From the NCBI GenBank assembly GCA_942491465.1, contig CALOBA010000038.1, forward strand, positions 66,920 through 130,919: a DNA stretch of 64,000 nt, given 5' to 3'. Made by a program: the position numbers and the translations under genes. The stretch is from an uncultured Gammaproteobacteria bacterium (GTDB lineage Bacteria; Pseudomonadota; Gammaproteobacteria; Chromatiales; Chromatiaceae). Positions 41,230-50,098 of the stretch are shown here, piece by piece. How positions within the stretch are numbered: position 1 is the first letter of the stretch; each line of letters opens with the position of its first letter. Under the pieces are notes generated by a model. That model made no database searches and was not told the DNA's origin. It saw nothing but the letters and a program-made list of their open reading frames with translations.

Positions 41230-41404
41230 GCCGATGCTGTGCGGCCCAAGCCGCTGCCCCCCACGTATGCTTGCAAAATGAGGACGCGATTGTGCACCAG
41301 CGCAGGCCATCGAGAAAGCGGCGTTTGCCGACGGCGCTCACCGACCAGCCCCCAGCCCCCCCCGACACTCCAGCAGCAAAGCCCCATCAAGTACCGCATC
41401 CACC

Positions 41405-42868
41405 GCCTGCGGCGGCCCGCCGCTGCTCCCCGGAGCGGGGGCGTCCCGCCCCCGACTAGCATGGGGGGAGTCCCGCCCCCCAGCACAGCACGTCGGCGAG
41501 ACGCCGACGATCCCAGTCAGCGGCGGGACGCCGCTGCTCCCCGGAGCGGGGGCGTCCCGCCCCCGACTAGCATGGGGGAAGTCTCACCCCCCAGCACAGC
41601 ACCTCGACAAGACGCCGACGACCCCAGTCAGCGGCGGGACGCCGCTGCTCCCCGGAGCGGGGGGCGTCCCGCCCCCGACTAGCATGGGGGGAGTCTCACC
41701 CCCCAGCACAGCACCTCGACAAGACGCCGACGATCCCAGTCAGCGGCGGGACGCCGCTGCTCCCCGGAGCGGGGGCGTCCCGCCCCCGACTAGCATGGGG
41801 GGAGTCTCACCCCCCAGCACAGCGCACCTCGGCAAAACGCCGACGATCCCAGTCAGCGGCGGGACGCCGCTGCTCCCCGGAGCGGGGGCGTCCCGCCCCC
41901 GACTAGCATGGGGGAAGTCTCGCCCCCCAGCACAGCACGTCGGCGAGACGCCGACGATCCCAGTCAGCGGCGGGACGCCGCTGCTCCCCGGAGCGGGGGC
42001 GTCCCGCCCCCGACTAGGATGGGGGGAGTCTCCCCCCCCCAGCACAGCGCACGTCGGCGAGACGCCGACGATCCCCGTCAGCGGCGGGACGCCGCTGCTC
42101 CCCGGAGCGGGGGCGTCCCGCCCCCGACTAGCATGTCGGGAGTCTCGCCCCCCCAGCACAGCACGTCGGCGGGACGCCGACGATCCCAGTCAGCGGCGGG
42201 ACGCCGCTGCTCCCCGGAGCGGGGGCGTCCCGCCCCCGACCAGCATGGGGGGAGTCTCCCCCCCCAGCACAGCGCACGTCGGCGAGACGCCGACGATCCC
42301 AGTCAGCGGCGGGACGCCGCTGCTCCCCGGAGCGGGGGCGTCCCGCCCCCGACTAGGATGGGGGGAGTCCCGCCCCCCAGCACAGCACGTCGGCGAGACG
42401 CCGACGATCCCAGTCAGCGGCGGGACGCCGCTGCTCCCCGGAGCGGGGGCGTCCCGCCCCCGACTAGCATGGGGGGAGTCTCACCCCCCAGCACAGCACG
42501 TCGGCGAGACGCCGACGATCCCAGTCAGCGGCGGGACGCCGCTGCTCCCCGGAGCGGGGGCGTCCCGCCCCCGACTAGCATGGGGGGAGTCTCGCCCCCC
42601 AGCACAGCACGTCGGCAAAACGCCGACGATCCCAGTCAGCGGCGGGACGCCGCTGCTCCCCGGAGCGGGGGCGTCCCGCCCCCGACTAGCATGGGGGGAG
42701 TCTCGCCCCCCAGCACAGCACGTCGGCAAAACGCCGACGATCCCAGTCAGCGGCGGGACGCCGCTGCTCCCCGGAGCGGGGGCGTCCCGCCCCCGACTAG
42801 CATGGGGGGAGTCTCGCCCCCCAGCACAGCACGTCGGCGAGACGCCGACGATCCCAGTCAGCGGCGGG
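41405..42868 (+). repeat. tandem array, 13 copies of a 111-114 bp hairpin-rich unit
   Basis: The GACTAG(C/G)ATGG landmark recurs at 41454, 41565, 41677, 41788, 41901, 42012, 42126, 42238, 42351, 42462, 42573, 42684 and 42795. Each unit holds 3-4 GC-rich hairpins. Confidence 0.95.
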
Positions 42869-43147
42869 GCGAGGAGGAGCCGGCCAGCGGTCTTGATTCG
42901 TTCGCCAGGTTTGGCCAGATCCTCCAAACCGCAATCGGTAGGGGCACTGCACTTGAGTTCTGCCCCCCCTGGTTGATCTCGGCGCATCGCTGCTTGGGCC
43001 TGATGCTGCTCGGCTGGTGGCAGAACACCGCATCCCAGCGCTTTACATCGACGAGCGTCCGACCTAACGTGCCTGTTTGCCGATCCCGCCCGCAGGCCGC
43101 CGATCCCATCGGTCGCCGCCCACGGGCACCCTAGGAGCATTACCCTC

Positions 43148-43891
43148 ATGTCCGTTAATCTGACCATCCTGTTCGACAACGAGCCCGGCCGGCCCGATCT
43201 GGAGAGCCTCTGGGGCTTTGCCGCGCTGATCGAGGCCCGGGGCCAGCGCATCCTGTTCGACAGCGGCAGCAACGGCCGCGTGCTGCTGCGCAACATGGAG
43301 CGCCTGGAGATCGACCCGGCGACGCTCGATCTGATGTTCTTCTCCCACGCCCACTGGGACCACATCGGCGGGCTGGATTCGGTGCTGGAGCTGGCGCCGC
43401 AGGCCACGGTGGTGGTGCACAGCGGCTTCTCGAAGCATCTGCTCGCCGATCTGGAGCGGCTCTGTGCCCGGCTGATCGTGGTCGATACGGCGCCGCTGGA
43501 GATCTCGCCGGGGCTGCTCAGCACCGGCCTGCTGCCGTCGGAGCCGCCGGAGCACGCGCTGATCATCGACGTGGACGACCCCGAGGCGGGCGACACCGCC
43601 ACCGCCCTGGTCACCGGCTGCGCCCACCCCGGCATCGCCGAGCTGACCGCGCGCGCCGCCGAGGTGGCGGGCCGGCCGGTCACCTGGGCCATCGGCGGCT
43701 TCCATCTGATGTATTCCGACCAGAGCGCCATCGCCGCCACCGCCGACCAGCTCCGCGCCCAAGGCGTGCGGCGGCTGCTCGCCACCCACTGCACCGGACC
43801 CGCCGCCCGCAGCATGCTGGCCGCGCGCTGGGGCATGGACTTCATCGACGCCGGTCTGGGCCAGAGCGTCCGCCTGCTGCCCGTCGGCTGA
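43148..43891 (+). CDS. MBL-fold metallo-hydrolase
   Basis: 247 aa. FFSHAHWDHIGGL (HxHxDH) plus downstream His/Asp ligands (TGCAHPG, GGFHL). Confidence 0.8.
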   Translation: MSVNLTILFDNEPGRPDLESLWGFAALIEARGQRILFDSGSNGRVLLRNMERLEIDPATLDLMFFSHAHWDHIGGLDSVLELAPQATVVVHSGFSKHLLADLERLCARLIVVDTAPLEISPGLLSTGLLPSEPPEHALIIDVDDPEAGDTATALVTGCAHPGIAELTARAAEVAGRPVTWAIGGFHLMYSDQSAIAATADQLRAQGVRRLLATHCTGPAARSMLAARWGMDFIDAGLGQSVRLLPVG

Positions 43892-43916
43892 ACACCAACC
43901 CTGGAGAATCCGACCC

Positions 43917-45044
43917 ATGACCGCCCCCGATCCCGCCCGCCCCAGCCCCGACGCCGTCGTCGACCGCGCGGTGGACATCGCCGTCCGCCTCGGCCTGATC
44001 GCGGCAATGCTGACCTTCTGCTTCATGATCGTGCGCCCCTTCCTGGTGCCCGTGGCCTGGGCCGTCATCATCGCCGTCGCCGTCTATCCCGGTTACCAAA
44101 AGCTGTTGCGCCGGACAGGCGGGCGCCGCAAGCTCGCATCGGTGCTGTTCCTGCTGTTGGCGCTGGTGGCGCTGATCCTGCCGGTGGCCATGCTCAGCGG
44201 CACCATGGTCCAGGGCGGCGAGCATATCGCCCATGCCCTTGAGCAGGGCGCGCTGCATGTGCCGCCGGCGCCGGACGCATTGACGCAGATCCCGTTGATC
44301 GGCACCCCGGTGCATGATTTCTGGAACCAGGCATCGTCCAATCTCGAAGCCGCGCTGAAGCTGATCGAGCCGCAGATCCGGGCCTTCGGCACCTGGGCGC
44401 TGTCGCTGGCGGCCTCCGCCGGCTTGGCCATGCTGCACCTGCTGGCGGCCATCATCATCGCCGCCGTGCTGCTGGCCAAGGGCGAGTCCGCCGCCCGCAC
44501 GACGCTGGAGCTGGCCGAGCGCGTGGCCGGCCAGCGCGGTCGCCAGCTCGCCGAGCTGTCCGAGGCGGTGGTGCGCAGCGTCTCCCGCGGCATCCTCGGC
44601 GTGGCGCTGATCCAGTCGCTGCTGGCCGGCATCGGCATGCTCGTCGCCGGCGTGCCGGGGGCCGGACTCTGGGCGCTGGTCGCGCTGCTGCTGAGCACGA
44701 TCCAGGTCGGCGTCTTCCCGGTGATGATCCCGGCGCTGATCTACCTGTTCTATACCGGCAGCACCACCACGGCGGTGCTGTTCCTGATCTGGACGGTGAT
44801 CGTCGGCTCGCTGGACAACATCCTCAAGCCTTTGTTGCTCGGTCGTGGCGTCGAGGTGCCGATGGCGGTGATCTTTGTCGGTGCCATCGGCGGCTTCCTC
44901 ACCGCCGGCATCATCGGGCTGTTCCTCGGCGCCGTGGTGCTGGTGCTCGGCTACGAGCTGTTCCTGGCCTGGCTGCGGATGGAGCGGAAGGCGGAAGCCG
45001 CCGCGGCCGCGGCGAGCGCACAACCGTCCGACGGCAAGCCGTGA
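43917..45044 (+). CDS. AI-2E family transporter (PerM/UPF0118)
   Basis: 375 aa, ~8 TM. FMIVRPFLVPVAWAVIIAVAVYP and LDNILKPLLLGRGVEVP motifs. Confidence 0.85.
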   Translation: MTAPDPARPSPDAVVDRAVDIAVRLGLIAAMLTFCFMIVRPFLVPVAWAVIIAVAVYPGYQKLLRRTGGRRKLASVLFLLLALVALILPVAMLSGTMVQGGEHIAHALEQGALHVPPAPDALTQIPLIGTPVHDFWNQASSNLEAALKLIEPQIRAFGTWALSLAASAGLAMLHLLAAIIIAAVLLAKGESAARTTLELAERVAGQRGRQLAELSEAVVRSVSRGILGVALIQSLLAGIGMLVAGVPGAGLWALVALLLSTIQVGVFPVMIPALIYLFYTGSTTTAVLFLIWTVIVGSLDNILKPLLLGRGVEVPMAVIFVGAIGGFLTAGIIGLFLGAVVLVLGYELFLAWLRMERKAEAAAAAASAQPSDGKP

Positions 45045-45088
45045 TCCAGGATCGGCCCGGTGCGGCGGATGCGCGTTGATCATCCGCC

Positions 45089-45824
<736 letters not shown>

Positions 45825-46171
45825 CGCCGCCGGCCGAGGGCGACCCACCGGCAGCGTCCGCAAGGCGAGACCGCGGCCCCGCCCCTGCTGCCACCAGGCT
45901 GCGCCGGCTTCAGCCGGCACGGGCAGGCGGCACCAAGCACCGGCACAACACGCACCACCCTGGTGCGCCGGGGATTGAAGCGGGGCCGCACCCGGCGTAG
46001 CATTCAGCCACCGGCGCCGGTCGCGATGACGGCGCGCGGGGATGTGCGCTCGGTGCCGGCTGCGCAGCGGCGGCTGCCGACCTGCCAGGCCCCGACCCGC
46101 ACGGTGGCGGCTGTTGTCCGCACATCGACCGACTCGGACTCCATTTCGGACCAGACCAGAGGCGCGCCGGC

Positions 46172-46738
46172 ATGTTCTCGCTTAAACCCCGCCATATCCC
46201 CAACATGATCAGCATCCTGCGCCTGGCCGCGGTGGTGCCCATCCTGTATCTGCTGATGGATCACGCCTTCGGCTGGGGGCTGACGCTGTTCGTACTGGCG
46301 GGAATCTCCGACGGGATCGACGGCTGGCTGGCCAAACGCTATGACTGGCAGTCGCCGCTGGGCGGGCTGCTCGATCCGGTCGCCGACAAGATCCTGCTGG
46401 TCTGCTCCTTTCTGGTGCTGGGCGCACTGGATCTGATCCCGATCTGGCTGGTGGCGGCGGCGGTGCTGCGCGATCTGATCATCCTCGGCGGTGCGCTGTT
46501 GTACAACTTCGGGATCGAGGCGGTGGAGGCCGAGCCGCTGGTGACCAGCAAGCTCAACACCGTGGTGCAGATCCTGCTGGTGGTGGCCGTCATCGCCAAT
46601 GCCGGCCCGCTGCCGCTGCCGGGGCCGGTGCTCGAGCTGCTGGTCTGGGGCTGCCTGCTGACGGTGCTGGTCAGCGGCAGTCAGTATGTCTGGATCTGGG
46701 GGCGGCGGGCGCGGAGCCTTGGCTGGGGGCCGGATTGA
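46172..46738 (+). CDS. CDP-alcohol phosphatidyltransferase family protein
   Basis: 188 aa. SDGIDGWLAKRYDWQSPLGGLLDPVADK fits D-G-x2-A-(R/K)-x7-8-G-x3-D-x3-D. Confidence 0.85.
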   Translation: MFSLKPRHIPNMISILRLAAVVPILYLLMDHAFGWGLTLFVLAGISDGIDGWLAKRYDWQSPLGGLLDPVADKILLVCSFLVLGALDLIPIWLVAAAVLRDLIILGGALLYNFGIEAVEAEPLVTSKLNTVVQILLVVAVIANAGPLPLPGPVLELLVWGCLLTVLVSGSQYVWIWGRRARSLGWGPD

Positions 46739-46745
46739 CCTTGCT

Positions 46746-46943
46746 TCACCGTCCCTCAGGCTCGGCTGCCTGATCTGCCACCGGGTCAAGCGATGAGCCC
46801 GCCGCAGGGTCCAGGGGCCGGGCCGGGTCGAGGTAGCGGGCGAGCACACCGGCGAGTTCATCACGGTTGATGGGCTTGGAGAGGTAGTCGTCCATGCCCG
46901 CGCCCCGGCAGGCGTCGGCAGCTTCCTTGAGGGCGTCAGCTTT
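46746..46943 (-). pseudogene. C-terminal remnant of a response-regulator receiver domain
   Basis: Only the last receiver elements are present (ACRGAGMDDYLSKPINRDELAGVLARYL). Upstream residues are non-homologous and the ORF runs into arfB. Confidence 0.45.
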
Positions 46944-47001
46944 GCGTCGCGGCGGTGGGCGCGGGTCGCCACTTGCCCGTTGCGAAACGGGCATCCGTCC
47001 G

Positions 47002-47424
47002 TCAATCCCGGTCCGAGACCCGCCCGCGCAGCCGCTTGGTGCCCGCCCGCCGCTTCTTGTCATCGACACGGCGTGCCCGGGCGGAGCGCGACGGTCGGGT
47101 CGGGCGCCGCGGCTTGGGGGTATGGGCGGCCTGACGGATCAGCGCGGCGAGCCGCTCGCGGGCATCGATGCGGTTGCGCTCGCGGCTGCGGTGGCGATGG
47201 GCGTGGATGGTGAGGACGCCGTCGGTATCCACGCGGCTGCCGGCGAGCAGCAGCAGCCGCGCGCGCACGGGGGGCGGCAGCGACGGCGAGCGGCGCACGT
47301 CGAAGCGCAGCTGCACCGCCGTGGAGACCTTGTTGACATGCTGACCGCCCGGCCCCGGCGAGCGGGTGAACTGCTCGGTCAGCTCGGCCTCGTCGATGCG
47401 GATCTGTGCCGTTACCTGAAGCAT
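47002..47424 (-). CDS. arfB: alternative ribosome-rescue factor ArfB (peptidyl-tRNA hydrolase, GGQ)
   Basis: Start MLQVTAQIRIDEAELTEQFTRSPGPGGQHVNKVSTAVQLRF. The GGQ position and basic C-terminal tail (KPRRPTRPSRSARARRVDDKKRRAGTKRLR) align with E. coli YaeJ as recalled. Confidence 0.9.
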   Translation of the reverse strand: MLQVTAQIRIDEAELTEQFTRSPGPGGQHVNKVSTAVQLRFDVRRSPSLPPPVRARLLLLAGSRVDTDGVLTIHAHRHRSRERNRIDARERLAALIRQAAHTPKPRRPTRPSRSARARRVDDKKRRAGTKRLRGRVSDRD

Positions 47425-47595
47425 GGGCGAGAGCATACCAGGCACGGCCGGCGCCGACGCCTTGACGTTGCCGTCCGCAGCGCCGGGCCGAGGCCGATTT
47501 ACCGGCTATACTGACCCGATTCGTCGGGGCGGCGCTCGGGCCGATCGCCGCCGAACACGCCCACTACCGATCCCGCGCCCATCGTCACCACAACC

Positions 47596-49266
47596 ATGCA
47601 ACCCGCCCCGAAGCACCCGAGAGAAACGGCGCGCATCGCGCAGCTGAAGGCGCTGCAGATCCTGGATACCGATGGCGAGGCCGCCTACGACGAACTGACC
47701 CGGCTGGTGACGCTGGTCCTCGGCACGGAGATCGCCCTGGTGTCGCTGATCGACGAAGACCGCCAGTGGTTCAAGTCGCGCTGCGGCCTGGACGCCACGC
47801 AGACCCCTCGCGACCTTGCCTTCTGCGCCCATGCCATCCTCGATCCCGACGCGCTGTTCGTGGTCGAGAACGCCCTCGACGACGCCCGCTTCGCCGACAA
47901 CCCGCTGGTGACCGGGGCGCCCCAGATCCGCTTCTACGCCGGCATGCCGATCAAGGCCCCCGACACCGAGCTGCCGCTGGGCACGCTGTGCGCGATCAGC
48001 GCCAGCCCCAAGTCGCTGACCGCCACGCAGCGCGAGCAGCTCACCCTCATCGCCCGCCAGGTCGAGCGGCTGCTGGCCATGCGCCGGAACCAGATGCAGC
48101 TGATCGCCGCCCGCGAACTGGCCGAGCGGGCCAGCATGAGCAAGACCCGCTTTCTGGCCACCATCAGCCACGACATGCGCACCCCGCTGAACGGGATGCT
48201 CGGCACCGTCGACCTGCTGCTCGACTGCGAGCACCCGCCGCAGATTGCCGAGCAGCTGGAGGTGGCCAAGGCCTGCGGGATGACGCTGAGGGCGCTGGTC
48301 AACGAGACCCTGGACCTGTCGAAGCTGGAGAGCGGCACGCTGCAGCTGCGCCCCGAGGCATTCTCGCCGAGGCAGCTGATCGCCGACCTGGCCATGGTGG
48401 TGCGCGCGGTACTCAAGCCCGAGATCGCGCTCGCGGTGGAGGCCGGCGACCAGCTGCCGGCGCTGCTCCTAGGCGATGCCGGGCGCTGCCGGCAGATCGT
48501 CCTCAATCTTGCCAACAATGCCGCCAAATTCACGCTGCGGGGCCGCGTCAGCATCCGCTCGGCCTACCGCGACGGCAACTGGGAGATCCAGGTCGCGGAC
48601 ACCGGCGTCGGCATCCCCGGCGACAAGCTCGGCCAAGTCTTCGAGCCGTTCTGGCAAAGCCCGGAGGGGCAACGGGTGGACGACACCGGTGCCGGCCTGG
48701 GCCTGAGCATCTGCAAGCGCATCAGCGATGCCATGGGCGGCGACATCGACGTGGCCAGCACCCCCGGCGCGGGCAGCTGCTTCAGCGTCCGACTGCCGTT
48801 GCCCGTTGCCACCGGCAGCACGGCGGTCGCCGCCGTCGTCCCGCCCGGCCTGCGCGTCCTGCTCGCCGAGGACGACACGGTGAGCCGGCAGATTGCCGTC
48901 GCCCATCTGACCAAGCTCGGCTGCGCGGTGCAGGCGGTCGCCGACGGTGCCGATGCCCTCGAAGCCCTGCGCCATCGGACCTGGGACCTGGTGATCCTGG
49001 ATTTCCACATGCCGCGCCTGTCCGGCCCCCAGGTCACCGAGCAATACCGCGCCCGCGCCGGCGGCCATCCGCCCATCATGATCCTGACCGCGAGCAACTT
49101 CGCCGACGAGCACGCCCGCTGCATCAGCGCCGGCGCCGACCGCGTGATGACCAAGCCCTTCCGCAGACCGGAGCTGGCCGCGGCGATTGCGGCGCTCTGT
49201 GCGTCCACGCCGAGCGCGGCAGGAGCGACCCGACCCTCGCCGCGGCGATTGCCACGTCCGCGCTGA
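47596..49266 (+). CDS. GAF-domain hybrid sensor histidine kinase with C-terminal receiver
   Basis: GAF (IAQLKALQILDTDGEAAYDELT...FYAGMPIKAPD), H-box FLATISHDMRTPLNGM, N-box LNLANNAAKFT, DTGVGI, GAGLGLSICK, and receiver VLLAEDD...LVILDFHMP...VMTKPF. Confidence 0.9.
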   Translation: MQPAPKHPRETARIAQLKALQILDTDGEAAYDELTRLVTLVLGTEIALVSLIDEDRQWFKSRCGLDATQTPRDLAFCAHAILDPDALFVVENALDDARFADNPLVTGAPQIRFYAGMPIKAPDTELPLGTLCAISASPKSLTATQREQLTLIARQVERLLAMRRNQMQLIAARELAERASMSKTRFLATISHDMRTPLNGMLGTVDLLLDCEHPPQIAEQLEVAKACGMTLRALVNETLDLSKLESGTLQLRPEAFSPRQLIADLAMVVRAVLKPEIALAVEAGDQLPALLLGDAGRCRQIVLNLANNAAKFTLRGRVSIRSAYRDGNWEIQVADTGVGIPGDKLGQVFEPFWQSPEGQRVDDTGAGLGLSICKRISDAMGGDIDVASTPGAGSCFSVRLPLPVATGSTAVAAVVPPGLRVLLAEDDTVSRQIAVAHLTKLGCAVQAVADGADALEALRHRTWDLVILDFHMPRLSGPQVTEQYRARAGGHPPIMILTASNFADEHARCISAGADRVMTKPFRRPELAAAIAALCASTPSAAGATRPSPRRLPRPR

Positions 49267-49272
49267 AGGCAT

Positions 49273-49379
49273 CCTAGGGATCGATTCAAAAACAAGTGGT
49301 GCAGACGCCCGCTCGCTGAACCTTTTGATTGGCCGTTTCGTGGTTGCGTCTGCACCACTTGTTTCTGAACCTTGACTAG
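49273..49379 (-). mobile_element. MITE, family B
   Basis: Reverse-oriented copy. CTAGG direct repeat at both ends (49273-49277 and 49375-49379). Confidence 0.85.
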
Positions 49380-49416
49380 GCTTTAGGGCGATGCTGAAAA
49401 ATGCCGTCCTGGCAGA

Positions 49417-50094
49417 TCAGTCGCCGTCCTCACCATCGACCCCGAGGTCCTGGCGCAGCAGCGCACCGAGGGTGGTGCGGTCATGGCGGCCGGCCAGGCG
49501 CAGCAGGCGCAGAAAGACCTGGGCGGTGAGGAAGGCGTCGCCGGCGGCGGTGTGGCGGTCGTAGGGGAGGATGTCGAAGCGGGCGCAGAGGGCGTCGAGG
49601 GTGACGTGACGCAGCTTGGCCTGCTCCGGGAAGGCGCCGTCCTGCTCCAGCTGCAGGGTCAGCAGGCCGGTGTCGAGGTGGCGGTTGCGCAGGCCGAGGC
49701 CGAAGTTGCGCTCCAGCGCGGCGTTGATCATGCCCAGATCATGGCCGATGTGGTGGCCGACGATGACGCCGTCGCGCAGATAGCCGAGCAGGGCGGCGAT
49801 GGCCTCGGGCTCGTCGAGGCCGTTGCGGGTCTCGTAGCGGGTGATGCCGTGCACCGGCGTGGTCTCGGTATTGTGGCGCACCCGAAGCAGGGCCTCGAAG
49901 GTGTCGGAGAGGTCGATCTGGGCACCGTTGACGGCGATGGCGCCGATGCTGACGATGCGGTGGCGGCGGGGGTCGAGGCCGGTGGTCTCGCAGTCGAGGA
50001 CGACGAAGCGCACGCCGTCGAGGGGCTCGGAGTCGGACCAGCTGGCCTCGAAGGCCTCCCGGTAGTAGGTGAGGATGCGTGCGAACGGCTGCAT
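49417..50094 (-). CDS. DEDDh 3'-5' exonuclease (DnaQ/epsilon-like)
   Basis: Exo I FVVLDCETTGLD, Exo II GHHIGHDLGMIN, Exo III HTAAGDAFLTAQVF. Confidence 0.85.
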   Translation of the reverse strand: MQPFARILTYYREAFEASWSDSEPLDGVRFVVLDCETTGLDPRRHRIVSIGAIAVNGAQIDLSDTFEALLRVRHNTETTPVHGITRYETRNGLDEPEAIAALLGYLRDGVIVGHHIGHDLGMINAALERNFGLGLRNRHLDTGLLTLQLEQDGAFPEQAKLRHVTLDALCARFDILPYDRHTAAGDAFLTAQVFLRLLRLAGRHDRTTLGALLRQDLGVDGEDGD

Positions 50095-50098
50095 GGAC

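Noticed and set aside
41405-42868. Possible CRISPR array
   Set aside because: The whole 111-114 bp unit repeats, with only point differences. There are no unique spacers between short repeats and no cas genes in the window.
41684-43134. Long ORFs through the tandem array (for example 41684..42976 and 41908..43134, with repetitive Pro/Gly/Arg-rich translations)
   Set aside because: The repeat period varies (111, 112, 113 and 114 bp), so the reading frame changes between units. ORFs are open on both strands only because the GC-rich unit lacks stop codons.
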